Source: an uncultured Acidobacteriota bacterium (GTDB lineage Bacteria; Acidobacteriota; UBA6911). From it: a stretch of DNA of 64,000 nt. Within the stretch, counting starts at the first letter, position 1; every line of letters starts with the position of its first letter. Under the pieces are notes generated by a model. The model saw only the letters and a list, made by a program, of their open reading frames with translations, was not told the DNA's origin and ran no database searches. The position numbers and the translations under genes are program-made. Shown here piece by piece: positions 39,048 to 49,128 of this stretch. Location: assembly GCA_963843575.1 (NCBI GenBank), contig CAWJKZ010000021.1, positions 256,001 to 320,000 of the forward strand, given 5' to 3'.

Positions 39048-40349
39048 TTACGCGGGAAGCTCGATTTTGACGGCTAGGCCGGGGTTTGCATTTTCGGCGG
39101 AGACGCTGCCGTGGTGCAGGGTTATCGCGCGCCGCGCGATCGCAAGCCCCAGACCGACGCCGCCCGTAGCGCTGTCCCGCGCGGAGTCGACGCGGAAAAA
39201 CGGCTGAAATATCTTAGACAGCACTTCGTCCGGCACTCCCGGTCCGTGGTCCCGTATCCTGATCTCAGCCGAGCCCTGCGGCGACCGCACCAGCTTCACT
39301 TCCACGCAGGACCCCTCGGGCGTGTATCGTATCGCGTTGGTCAGGATATTCTCCACCGCGCTCCTCAGCAGTTCGGGCTGTCCCGCGACGGTCACGTCAC
39401 CGTCCGCATCGAACCGGACCGCGCACCTGCGCGCCTCCGCCTCGATGCGGCAGCTCTCAATCATTTCCTGCAGCAGCGCGCCCAGCCGCACTTCCTCCAG
39501 GCTGCGCGCCGCCGGATCCCCCTCGAGGCGCGTCATGTCGAGCAGCGCCGTCACCAGGTGCGTGAGGCGGTCGATCTCCTTCCGCAGCATCGCCACCGCC
39601 GCCTCGCGGTCCCCTGACGTACGCGCCAGCTCCGCCGCGAAACTCAGGCGCGCCAGCGGCGAACGCAGTTCGTGCGAAATATCCTGGAGCAGCCGCCGTT
39701 CCGACGTCAGAAGCGTCTCGATGCGCTCCGCCATCGTGTCAAAGGTCGCGCTCAGCGCGCCGATCTCGTCCCGCCTCCGCGACCGCACCCGCACCTGTAG
39801 TTCACCGCGCCCGAAGCGCTCCACCGCGCGCGAAAGCTCGCGCAGGGGCGACGCGATGCTCATGGCCAGAGCCCAGCAGAGGATCCCGACCGCCAGCAGG
39901 ATCAGCAGGTAATACAGAATGTCCCCTCTGAAATCCGCGGGCGGCGGAGGGGCGACGACTACCAGTCGGTAAGGCTTGTCGGGCGAGGCGCTGACGATCA
40001 CCATGTTGCCTTCATGGCGCTGCGGCTGGTCGAAGCGGTCGCCGGCCACGGCCAGAAGGGCCGAAAGGTCTTCGCCGTTGACCAAGTCCTTTCCCGCCGC
40101 GTCTGTCACGCGGTGCTCCCCAGGCAAGTATTGGTTCAGCTTTTCAAGCCGCCGCGCCAGCTGCGCCGCTCCGGCCGCTTCGTACGCCTCCACAGCGTCG
40201 CTGAGCGCCATTGCGTTCAAACGGCTGAACATCGCCCCGCGCCCGCCGGTGCGGAACGAGACGGAACGGGCGACGAACGTGAACGCGGCGAGGGAGAGTA
40301 GCAGGGTGCCGAAAGACCACAGCAGAATGCGGGCATAAACGGATCTCAT
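39048..40349 (-). CDS. HAMP sensor histidine kinase (CpxA-like)
   Basis: DISHELRSPL H-box; ENILTNAIRY N-box; DHGPG; GGVGLGLAI. Confidence 0.93.
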   Translation of the reverse strand: MRSVYARILLWSFGTLLLSLAAFTFVARSVSFRTGGRGAMFSRLNAMALSDAVEAYEAAGAAQLARRLEKLNQYLPGEHRVTDAAGKDLVNGEDLSALLAVAGDRFDQPQRHEGNMVIVSASPDKPYRLVVVAPPPPADFRGDILYYLLILLAVGILCWALAMSIASPLRELSRAVERFGRGELQVRVRSRRRDEIGALSATFDTMAERIETLLTSERRLLQDISHELRSPLARLSFAAELARTSGDREAAVAMLRKEIDRLTHLVTALLDMTRLEGDPAARSLEEVRLGALLQEMIESCRIEAEARRCAVRFDADGDVTVAGQPELLRSAVENILTNAIRYTPEGSCVEVKLVRSPQGSAEIRIRDHGPGVPDEVLSKIFQPFFRVDSARDSATGGVGLGLAIARRAITLHHGSVSAENANPGLAVKIELPA

Positions 40350-41041
40350 GCGTTCTCCCCGCTCAGAGGCGCCATCAGGTATCCGACCCCGCGGATGGTG
40401 CGGATCGCGCCGCCCCCCTCCTCGAGTTTCTTGCGCAGGTGGCTGATGTGGACGTCGAGCGAACGTTCAAAGGGGCTGGAGCGCCTCTGGTACAGCACCG
40501 TCGACAGCTCGTCGCGCGACACAATCCGGCCGGCGGCCCGCACCAGCACTTCCAGGATGTCGAACTCGATCGACGTCAGCTCGACCGGCTCGCCGCCGCT
40601 CCACACCTCGCGGGTCTGCGGGTTCAGCCGGACGCCCGCGGCCTCCAGCACCTGTCCTGTCGGCGGCTCGGCTTTTCCCGCCCGGCGGAGAACGGCGCGG
40701 ATGCGCGCCAGCAGCTCCTCCGGCCCGAACGGCTTCGGCAGGTAGTCGTCCGCGCCTGCGTCGAGCCCCGCGACACGATCGCTCTGCGCCGTGCGCGCGG
40801 TCAGCATGATCACGGGAATCGCGCTCCGTTTCCGGATCTGCCGGAGCAGCTCGACGCCGTCGAGCGCCGGGAGCATCACGTCCAGCAGGATGAGATCGAA
40901 GCCCCCCTCGAGCGCCCGCGCGAGCCCGCGGCTCCCGTCGTGCACCGATTCCACGCGGATCCCATGCCTGGCGAAAAAGTCCGCCATCAGGGCGCACAGC
41001 TCGGCGTCGTCGTCAACGAGAAGGATGGATGTGTCGCTCAT
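40346..41041 (-). CDS. OmpR/CpxR-family response regulator
   Basis: LLVDDD, LLDVMLP, DDYLPKPF and RSLDVHISHLRKKL motifs; overlaps the kinase start (ATGA coupling). Confidence 0.95.
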   Translation of the reverse strand: MSDTSILLVDDDAELCALMADFFARHGIRVESVHDGSRGLARALEGGFDLILLDVMLPALDGVELLRQIRKRSAIPVIMLTARTAQSDRVAGLDAGADDYLPKPFGPEELLARIRAVLRRAGKAEPPTGQVLEAAGVRLNPQTREVWSGGEPVELTSIEFDILEVLVRAAGRIVSRDELSTVLYQRRSSPFERSLDVHISHLRKKLEEGGGAIRTIRGVGYLMAPLSGENA

Positions 41042-41144
41042 ATGAAAGAAGCTTGCCACGGAACGCGCGCACGGGAGGAGGATTTTACAAAACTTAGGAT
41101 ACATCCACACCCCCGCAAACGTTCTTTCCTTACAGGAGGGCAAC

Positions 41145-42278
41145 GTGAACCTTCTTACAGGTGTGCTATTGCTGATGCTGATGCCTCAGCCGCCCAGGCC
41201 GCTGATCGGCACGGTGGCCGCCATCCGGGTGGAGGCCGGCGAGATCGACATCAAACCTGATAGCGGCGAGCAGGTGAAGGTGTCATTCACCCCGGAGACC
41301 CTGTTTCAGAAAGTTGCCCCTGGCGAAAAGAACCTGCAGAACGCGGCGCCGATCAAGTCCGCCAAACTGACCACCGGAGACCGGGTTCTCGTAACCCTCG
41401 ATCCGCTGACACGCAACGCCCGGCGGGTCATCGTCATGTCTGGCAACGAAATCGCACGCCGCAACGAGGCCGACCGGCGCGACTGGATCGCCCGGGGAGT
41501 TTCCGGGACGGTGACGGCCAAAGAGCCCGGCAGGATTACGCTCAAGCTGCGCTCCATGGGCGGCGAGTCCTCCGCGACCGTGACGGTCGACCAGGGGGCC
41601 AGCTTCAAGAGCTACGCCCCCGACTCCGTGCTGTTCGCCGACGCGAAACCGAGCTCCCTGGCCGAGGTGAGCGTCGGCGACCAGCTCCGGGCGCGGGGTC
41701 AGAAGAGCGAAGACGGGCTCAGCGTGGCTGCCGACGAAATCGTTTTCGGAACGTTCGTCACCAGGGCCGGGACGATCGCCTCCGTCAACGCGGCCGCCGG
41801 CGAAGTCACCCTGAAGGAACTCGGCAGCGAGAAGCCGCTCCTGGTGAAGATTTCCTCACAGTCGCAGCTCCGCAGGATGCCCTCGTTCTCCGGTACGGGC
41901 GGCGGATTCCCCGGCGCAGGCGGCGGGGCGCCCGGCGGCGGGATGCCTGCAGGCGGCCCTCCGGGCGGCATGCCGGGCGGAGGCCCTCCGGACATCGCCC
42001 AGATGCTGGAACGCATGCCGGCGGCGAAAATTGAGGAGCTGAAGCCGGGCGAGACCGTCGTCATTTCCAGCACGAAAGGCGCCCGGAACGATCAGATCAC
42101 CGCCATAACCTTCCTGTCCAACGCCGACACGCTCCTGCGCATGGTTTCGGCCCGGTCGGGCAACCGCCAGGGCGGAAACGAGGATGGCGTGAGCATGAAC
42201 GGCGGCATGATGGGCGGCTCCGGCATGTCGGGCGCATCCGGCCTCGGGGGATTCGAGCTCCCCTCCATGATCCCATAG
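41145..42278 (+). CDS. Exported protein with repeated OB-fold/DUF5666-like domains and Gly/Pro/Met-rich loops
   Basis: Three repeats of the GTV..I...L.VGD.V pattern; GGMPAGGPPGGMPGGGPP; AGGAGG RBS. Confidence 0.75.
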   Translation: MNLLTGVLLLMLMPQPPRPLIGTVAAIRVEAGEIDIKPDSGEQVKVSFTPETLFQKVAPGEKNLQNAAPIKSAKLTTGDRVLVTLDPLTRNARRVIVMSGNEIARRNEADRRDWIARGVSGTVTAKEPGRITLKLRSMGGESSATVTVDQGASFKSYAPDSVLFADAKPSSLAEVSVGDQLRARGQKSEDGLSVAADEIVFGTFVTRAGTIASVNAAAGEVTLKELGSEKPLLVKISSQSQLRRMPSFSGTGGGFPGAGGGAPGGGMPAGGPPGGMPGGGPPDIAQMLERMPAAKIEELKPGETVVISSTKGARNDQITAITFLSNADTLLRMVSARSGNRQGGNEDGVSMNGGMMGGSGMSGASGLGGFELPSMIP

Positions 42279-42346
42279 TCAGACCGCTCGAACATCTGCA
42301 TTCCCTGACAGCTGACTGCTGACAGCTGAAAACGCGAGGATAGGAA

Positions 42347-45313
42347 ATGAGAAGCGTGAAGCTTTGGATGGGGATTTGCTGTCTCCTGGCCTGCGCGGCC
42401 GCGTCGTACGCGCAGGATTCCACCCCGCCCGCGCTGCGCGGGACCGTCACGGACCCGTCCGGGGCCCGCATCCCGGGAGCGGTGGTTCAATGGAGCAGTC
42501 CCGGCGTGCAGCTCCAGGCCACTACCGATGCGCGCGGCCAGTATGCCTTCGCCACCCTGAAGCCCGGCAAATACTCGGTCTGGGCCGTCGCCGCCGGTTT
42601 CAAGTCCTCGGAAAAGACGGACGTGGAAATCGCGGCCGAGCCGGTCACGGTCGACTTCAAGCTCGACATCAGTGTGAAGGGCGAGGTCCTCAACGTCGAG
42701 GCCGAGGCGAAGCGCGTCAGCTCGGACCCCGAGTCCAACGGCAGCGCCCTCGTGCTCAAGGACAAGGAGCTGGAAGCCCTCTCCGACGATCCCGATGAAC
42801 TGGCCCAGCAGCTGCAGGCAATGGCCGGCCCCGGCTCGGGGCCGAACGGCGGCCAGATCGACATCGACGGCTTCAGCAACGGCCAGCTTCCGACCAAGTC
42901 CTCCATACGCGAGATCCGGATCAACACGAACCCGTACTCCCCCGAGTACGACCGTCCGGGATTCGGCCGGATCGAGATATTCACCAAGCCCGGCAGCGAC
43001 ACGATCCGCGGGCAGGCCTATTTCCAGTTCAACGACGAGTCCCTGAATTCGCGCAGCCCGCTTCTGGCGCAGTCCACGCGCCCGGCGTACCAGCAGAAGT
43101 CCTACGGCTTCTCGCTCAGCGGCCCGCTGAAGAAGGAGAGAGCGTCCTACGGATTCGATTTCGAACGCCGCAACGTCACGGAAAATGCGTTCATCCTCGC
43201 GACCACGCTCGACGACAATTTCAATTTCGTAAACGTCAACCAGGCCGTGCTGTCGCCTCAGGTGCGCACCAGCTTCGCGCCGCGGGTGGATTTCACCATC
43301 AACCCGCGCAACACCCTTGCGGTGCGCTACCAGAACGTCAAGTCCGACTTCATCAACGAGGGGGTCGGGAACTTCAACCTGGCCTCGCAGGCGTACGACG
43401 AGACCAGCGCCAACCACACCCTCCAGATCACGGAAACTGCGGTGCTGAGCCCGAAGGCCATCAACGAGACGCGGTTCCAGTTCGCCCGCTCCAGGATGAG
43501 CAACAGCGGCGACGTCACGGTTCCGGCCATCACGGTCCAGGGGGCGTTCAGCGGCGGCGGGGCACAGATCGGCGAGTCCGGAAGCAAGACCAGCAGGCTG
43601 GAATTGTCCAACATCTCGACGTACACGCACCGGACTCACACGCTGAAGTGGGGCGCGCGCGGGCGCCGGTCGTACGACGACGACACCTCCGAGAACAATT
43701 TCGGCGGCAGTTTCACGTTCTTCGGCGGCACTGGCCCGGAACTCGACGCCGCCTACAATCCCATCGCGGGGACCGCGATTCATCTGTCCGCCATCGAGCG
43801 CTACCGGCGCACGCTCCTGTTCCAGTCCATGGGCCTGTCCACCGCGGAAATCCGGCTGCTCGGCGGCGGTGCGTCGCAGTTCAGCATCCGGGCAGGCACC
43901 CGGACCATGTCGGTGTCTCAGTTTGACGTCGGCCTCTTCGGGAGCGACGACTGGCGGCTGCGGCCCAATTTCACCCTAAGCTACGGGCTGCGGTACGAAA
44001 CCCAAAACAACATTTCCGATCACGCCAACTGGTCGCCCCGGCTCGGCGTCGCCTGGGGCGTCGACGGCGGCCGGAACAAGACGGCCAAAACCGTGCTGCG
44101 CACCGGTTTCGGGACGTTCTTCGACCGCGTTTCGGATTCGGTGACGCTGCAGGCGCTGCGGTTCAACGGCATGAACCAGCTGTCGTACCTGATCCTGAAT
44201 CCGGACTTCTACCCGAACATCCCGGACCTGGCATCCCTGGAAACCGGCAAGCAGCCGCAGCAGCTGCAGCTGAAGGCAAGCGACATCCAGGCGCCGCGTT
44301 CCTACCAGGCGATGATCGGGATCGACCGTCAGGTCAACAAATCCTTCCGGCTGAGCTTCAATTACGTAAACAGCCGAGGCGTGCACCTGCTGCGGGCACG
44401 CAACCTCAACGCACCGATCGACGGAGTGTATCCGTACGGCGACGCGCAGGTCCGGATGTTGACCGAGACCACGGGCTTCAGCCGCACCAACCAGTTCATG
44501 ATCAGCCCTAATCTCAACTACAAGCAGATCTTCCTGTTCGGTTTCTACTCGCTTTCGTACGGAAAGTCCGACGCCGAGGGGCAGGCGGCCGATCCGTACA
44601 ACCTGCGGGCCGAGTGGGGGCCGTCCGGTTTCGCGGATGTCCGCCACCGTTTCGTGATCGGGACGAACGTCCCGCTCCCCATGAAGCTCAACGTGAGTCC
44701 GTTCATTACCGCCAACAGCGGCGCCCCATACAACATCACCACGGGACGCGACACCAATGGCGACGGTTTCACCAACGAGCGGCCGCAGCTCCTGGCCAAC
44801 GTGAGCGCGGCCAGTTGCACCGGAGGAAACATGTTCTTCGCGGACGGGTTCGGGTGCTTCAACCTCAGCCCGGCAAGCGGCACCGCGATCGAGCGGAATT
44901 ATGGGCGCGGCCCGGCCAATTTCATGGTGAACCTGAGATTCGGGCGGACCTGGTCGTTCGGGAGCAAGGGCGAGTCCGGCCCGGCCGACAGCGGCGGCCC
45001 GCCGCCGGGCGGGGGCGGGATGCGCGGCGGCGGCCCTCCGGGAGGCGGCCCCGGCGGTGGCGGACCACCTCCGGGCGGCGGCCCGGGCGGTCCCGGCGGG
45101 GTGTTCGGCGGCAGCAGCGGCAAGAAATACAACCTAACCCTGAACGTCATGGTGCGCAATCTGCTGAATCACCCGAACTTCGGCAGCCCGAGCGGCGACC
45201 TGTCTTCCCCGTACTTCGGTGTGTACCGCAGCCTGGCGGGTTTCGGCCCCATGGGTGGCGGCAACACCACCTACAACCGGAAGATCGACATCCAACTCCG
45301 CTTCACGTTCTGA
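42347..45313 (+). CDS. TonB-dependent receptor-like OM barrel with CarboxypepD N-domain
   Basis: GTVTDPSGARIPGA; LSDDPDEL...IREIRINTNPYSPEYD plug; LSYGLRYE; ends IQLRFTF. Confidence 0.9.
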   Translation: MRSVKLWMGICCLLACAAASYAQDSTPPALRGTVTDPSGARIPGAVVQWSSPGVQLQATTDARGQYAFATLKPGKYSVWAVAAGFKSSEKTDVEIAAEPVTVDFKLDISVKGEVLNVEAEAKRVSSDPESNGSALVLKDKELEALSDDPDELAQQLQAMAGPGSGPNGGQIDIDGFSNGQLPTKSSIREIRINTNPYSPEYDRPGFGRIEIFTKPGSDTIRGQAYFQFNDESLNSRSPLLAQSTRPAYQQKSYGFSLSGPLKKERASYGFDFERRNVTENAFILATTLDDNFNFVNVNQAVLSPQVRTSFAPRVDFTINPRNTLAVRYQNVKSDFINEGVGNFNLASQAYDETSANHTLQITETAVLSPKAINETRFQFARSRMSNSGDVTVPAITVQGAFSGGGAQIGESGSKTSRLELSNISTYTHRTHTLKWGARGRRSYDDDTSENNFGGSFTFFGGTGPELDAAYNPIAGTAIHLSAIERYRRTLLFQSMGLSTAEIRLLGGGASQFSIRAGTRTMSVSQFDVGLFGSDDWRLRPNFTLSYGLRYETQNNISDHANWSPRLGVAWGVDGGRNKTAKTVLRTGFGTFFDRVSDSVTLQALRFNGMNQLSYLILNPDFYPNIPDLASLETGKQPQQLQLKASDIQAPRSYQAMIGIDRQVNKSFRLSFNYVNSRGVHLLRARNLNAPIDGVYPYGDAQVRMLTETTGFSRTNQFMISPNLNYKQIFLFGFYSLSYGKSDAEGQAADPYNLRAEWGPSGFADVRHRFVIGTNVPLPMKLNVSPFITANSGAPYNITTGRDTNGDGFTNERPQLLANVSAASCTGGNMFFADGFGCFNLSPASGTAIERNYGRGPANFMVNLRFGRTWSFGSKGESGPADSGGPPPGGGGMRGGGPPGGGPGGGGPPPGGGPGGPGGVFGGSSGKKYNLTLNVMVRNLLNHPNFGSPSGDLSSPYFGVYRSLAGFGPMGGGNTTYNRKIDIQLRFTF

Positions 45314-45367
45314 AAACCGTGGTCTACCGGGGTCAGGCCACGATAAGTTATTCAGTTATGTATAATC

Positions 45368-46010
45368 AGCTACCACCCGCATAGCGGGTGGTTTGAGGAA
45401 GGGCCCCCACTGGGGCCCTCCGGCTAACGAAAGGGGCTAAAGCCCCTTTTTCGGAGATGAAGGGGCTGAAGCCCCCCGCGCGGCAACGGTTCCTGCCGTT
45501 TCTCCTCTTCCTCCTGATTGCGGATGTACTCGCGAATCGTCTCCTCATCCAGTCCTACCGTACTCACACAGTACCCTCGCCCCAGAAGCGGTACCCGCTG
45601 AAGTTCCGCTCCTTGCCCAGGCACTCCCTATGGACCCGGATGGCCGACTTCCCTTTCAGGAACCCCACCGTGTTCGCCACGCGGTACTTCGGCGGAATAC
45701 TCAGGCACAGGTGCACGTGGTTCGCCAGCGCGTGCCCTTCCACCAACTAGACTCCTTCCTCCTCGCACAACTGCCTCAGAATCCCGCCGCTCGCCTTCCG
45801 CCGCGTACCGAAAATCACTCGCTTGCGGTATTTCGGAACAAACACTACGTGATATCTGCAGTACCATCTCACATGGGAGAGGCTTTGCCACTCTCTCATG
45901 ACGGTCTCCTTTCTCGTGAACCTGCCTGTTCACGTGATGGAGATCGTCTCGTATCGCACGCCGGGACGGCAGAGCCTTTTCGGGTCTCGCCGCCGCAGGC
46001 GGCGGCTTAC
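45368..46010 (-). mobile_element. tnpA: IS200-family element, tnpA pseudogene (~45424-45899)
   Basis: MREWQSLSHVRWYCRYHVVFVPKYR...HVHL (HUH)...LKGKSA...EYIRNQE. In-frame TAG at ~45749 and a frameshift at ~45580. Subterminal hairpins ACCACCCGC-ATA-GCGGGTGGT (45372-45392) and GCCGCC-GCA-GGCGGC (~45995). Confidence 0.9.
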
Positions 46011-46081
46011 CCAATCGAGTTACCGGGATAGGTACCGGCGCTACGCAGGGAAAAGGAAGGCCCCGGCGGGACACGATAGTG

Positions 46082-46861
46082 TCAGCCGCAGGAGGCGGCG
46101 GGCAGGGGTTCGTCCAGAACGAAGTCCTCACCGAGGTAGAGTTGGCGGACCTCGGGGGCCATGGCCAGGTCCCGTGAAGGGCCGTGCCTAAAGATCTTTC
46201 CCTCCGCGACGACATATACGTCATCCGTGATTCGCAGAGTTTCCCTCGCGTTGTGATCCGAGATCAGGGTACCGATCCCGCTCTCCTTCAGGCGTAGAAT
46301 GATCCGCTGGATGTCCGCGACGGCGATCGGATCGATGCCGGCGAACGGTTCATCGAGAATGAGCAGTTTCGGGGACAGCACGAGGGCGCGGGCGATCTCG
46401 GTGCGCCGCGTTTCTCCTCCTGACAAAGCGCTGGCCGGGGCCTGTGCGAGATGCAGGATGTTCAGGTTGCCCATCGCTTCGATCATCCGGCTGCGTCGCT
46501 CTCCGGCGGTCAGCCCGGCCGATTCGAGCACGGCGAGCAGGTTCTGCTCCACCGTCATTTTCCGGAATATCGAAGATTCTTGCGGAAGGTAGGCGATACC
46601 TGCCCGCGCCCGCTGATACATCGGAAGATCGGTAATATCGGCACCATTGAGAACCATCCGCCCGGCTGTAGGAGGAATGAGACCGATGATCATGTGCAGG
46701 ATCGTCGTCTTTCCCGCGCCGTTCGGTCCGAGCAGCCCCACTATCCTGTCCGACGAAAACTTCAGGTCCACCCCCCTGACCACCTTGCGGCTCCCGTACC
46801 GCTTTACCAGGCCGCGTGCGCTGACCTCGAGTTCGAACGGGACTGCGGCGGGTCGGGTCAT
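46082..46861 (-). CDS. lptB: LPS export ABC transporter ATPase LptB homolog
   Basis: GLLGPNGAGKTT, YLPQESSIFRKMTV, LSGGETRRTEIARAL, LDEPFAGIDP and YLGEDF motifs. Confidence 0.88.
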   Translation of the reverse strand: MTRPAAVPFELEVSARGLVKRYGSRKVVRGVDLKFSSDRIVGLLGPNGAGKTTILHMIIGLIPPTAGRMVLNGADITDLPMYQRARAGIAYLPQESSIFRKMTVEQNLLAVLESAGLTAGERRSRMIEAMGNLNILHLAQAPASALSGGETRRTEIARALVLSPKLLILDEPFAGIDPIAVADIQRIILRLKESGIGTLISDHNARETLRITDDVYVVAEGKIFRHGPSRDLAMAPEVRQLYLGEDFVLDEPLPAASCG

Positions 46862-47399
46862 CGGGCGCCCGTCGCGCCGAAGTAACTGAAGTCCTATGCT
46901 CCACATCCGTCCAACCGTTTCCAGCAATCCCGCTCTCCGTCGGGGAAGAATCTCCTCACCAGTTAGATACGGACGCGGGACCGTGTGATTACCGGCAATC
47001 GTAAAGATTTGCAAAAATCCCTGCTGCACGGCCTCTCGCCTGGAACAAATGTCGTCGGCGCCGTATCAACAGGTGGCTGGAGAAGGGAGAAGCACAGAGC
47101 CACGGTCCAACGCGGTCGCCGGGAACGTCCGCTCCGCGGCTCAGAAGATCGGGAGGACTTGCCAGCCGCCTCCAGACGCACCAGTGGCGGTCCAGGAGTT
47201 GCACAGCTGCAAACGGGATCAGGACGGCCGCCATGCTGAAACTGCAGATCAACCAGCTGGGGAATTGCAGAATCGGTTTGTCCTCCCCTCCCCGCAAAAA
47301 GGAAGGAGGACTCGGCGCACGCGGAGCCTGACAAGCAGAAGTGCTCCGCGTGCCGCCGGTTGACGTACTTTACCTATCATCAGCGAGGATCGAGGACGG

Positions 47400-48296
47400 G
47401 TGGTCGACGGAGACGATGTACTTAGCTCCATTCTCGACAGCATCCACGTGCGGGCCGTCACGGCACAGAGAAGTACCTTCACCGCGCCGCAGGTTCTCGA
47501 CCGTGAGCCGGATGCGGCGACCCTCTACGTGGTTCTCCGCGGCAGCTGCAATCTCCAGGTGGAAGGACAGGCTGCGTCGCACTCTCTTCAGAGCGGCGAT
47601 CTCGCCCTGCTCCCGCTGAAGACGCACCACACACTCTCGATCGAACCGGAATGCCGCGAGGGACGCGAGACTGAGGGTATCCTGCTCCGGGTCACCTTCA
47701 TCTGGGAAGAAGGTGAGAGCGACCCGATCTCGTCGATGATACCGCCCGTCGTCGTGTGCCCGGCAGGTGCCGGCCCCCTGTCGGACTGGCTGCTCCTGAC
47801 GCTCTCTCTTATCGACCGTGAAACCACGGAGCCTCGCCAGGGGATGCAGATCATGCTCAGCCACCTGGCCCGGATCATCTTCGTCCACGCGATCCGAAGC
47901 TGCCTGCCCGTAACAAAGAGGTCGGGCAACACGCTGCTGGACATGATTGCGGACCCGCAGATCGGCCCGGCGCTGGCCCTCATCCACACGCGTCCGGAAG
48001 AGCCCTGGTCGGTAACGTCGCTGGCCAGAACGAGCGCTATGTCCAGATCCGCCTTCGCCTCGAGGTTCGTCGAGGTCACGGGGCAGCCTCCGATGCAATA
48101 CGTGCTGGTACAGCGGATGCGGAAGGCCTGCGCGTTGCTGCGGGAAACGAAGCTGAGCGTGAAGGCGATTTCGGATCAGGCGGGTTACAGCTCGGAGGCC
48201 GCTTTCAGTCACGCCTTTAAAAAGTGGGTAGGGATCTCACCTGTAGGATACCGGGCGTCCAACTGCTCCGAGAAGAGCCAGGGACGCCCGGCATAG
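47400..48296 (+). CDS. AraC family regulator with N-terminal cupin domain
   Basis: DPQIGPALALIH, WSVTSLA...MSRSAFA and GYSSEAAFSHAFKK motifs. Confidence 0.9.
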   Translation: MVDGDDVLSSILDSIHVRAVTAQRSTFTAPQVLDREPDAATLYVVLRGSCNLQVEGQAASHSLQSGDLALLPLKTHHTLSIEPECREGRETEGILLRVTFIWEEGESDPISSMIPPVVVCPAGAGPLSDWLLLTLSLIDRETTEPRQGMQIMLSHLARIIFVHAIRSCLPVTKRSGNTLLDMIADPQIGPALALIHTRPEEPWSVTSLARTSAMSRSAFASRFVEVTGQPPMQYVLVQRMRKACALLRETKLSVKAISDQAGYSSEAAFSHAFKKWVGISPVGYRASNCSEKSQGRPA

Positions 48297-48300
48297 CGGA

Positions 48301-48843
48301 TCAAGCCTGTGTGTTGATGCCGTTCGTTGTGGCCAGGCTGCTGAGTACATTCAGCGAGGAGTCTTCAGACTGCTGCTTCTGCCTCGAGGCCTCCAGCTCA
48401 CTCTCGAACTTCTGCACGTCAAAACCGTTGGCCGCAAGCAGCGATTCGATTTTGGACATGAATTCGTCCTTGCCGCCGGCTCCGCCCGGCCCGACGGGTC
48501 CCTGCCCGCCTCCCTGAGGAGGGGGAGGTGGCGCCTGACCCTGCATTTTGGACTTGTCGACGCCGTTTTGGGCCATCGTCGTGTCGATCGCGGACTTGAT
48601 CGCCTGCATGATTTCGTCGGCACTGCTCGACTTGTCCAGCTTCGCCAGCGCAGTTGAAATCGCCGCATCGATCTTTTCCTTGAGCTTATCGACCCCGTTC
48701 TCATTGCTGCTCGTCTCCGAGACTTCACTGTCCGAACCGACCGACAGCGCAGAGGTGGACGTCTGTGTCTTGCTCGCCACCAGCTCCAATAGAGAGGTGT
48801 ACGAGCTTGACTCCAGCCAATTAATGCTTCCCAAACTAGACAT
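48301..48843 (-). CDS. Hypothetical Ser-rich/poly-Pro protein (180 aa)
   Basis: ATG 48843 with GGAG RBS; MSSLGSINWLESSSY...APPPPPQGGG...GINTQA. Confidence 0.65.
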   Translation of the reverse strand: MSSLGSINWLESSSYTSLLELVASKTQTSTSALSVGSDSEVSETSSNENGVDKLKEKIDAAISTALAKLDKSSSADEIMQAIKSAIDTTMAQNGVDKSKMQGQAPPPPPQGGGQGPVGPGGAGGKDEFMSKIESLLAANGFDVQKFESELEASRQKQQSEDSSLNVLSSLATTNGINTQA

Positions 48844-49011
48844 ATGCACTCCGATGATTGGGTGAGGTGCTCGGCCTGCCGGCGAATTAACGGCCGGCAG
48901 CCTGTCTCCATATCGGAGAGATGTCTTGCGAACAAAATGCGAGGAACTCCAATTGCTTTGCGCAGGCGTATCTGTCGTGCGATGTGATGGCTGCGCCCGA
49001 CGCGCGGCCTT

Positions 49012-49107
49012 GAGTGCGGTGCCTCGGCTCGGCCCGCAACATGTCACCGATCCTGCCCGGCGCCGAGGCGCCGCGTTTACTGCGGCGGCCAGCCGCCGCA
49101 CTCCAAA
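49012..49107. repeat. Family B palindromic element, second copy
   Basis: GAGTGCGG...CGGCGCCGAGGCGCC...GCCGCCGCACTCCAAA. The end is the reverse complement of the 9727 start TTTGGAGTGCGGCG. Confidence 0.55.
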
Positions 49108-49128
49108 GCGCACACGACAGATCGAGAG

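Noticed and set aside
44990-45120. GGC-rich DNA tandem repeat
   Set aside because: Explained by the Gly/Pro-rich coding segment of the TBDR.
48844-48900. Sigma-28 promoter for the Ser-rich protein
   Set aside because: TAAT...GCCGAG spacing does not fit the consensus.
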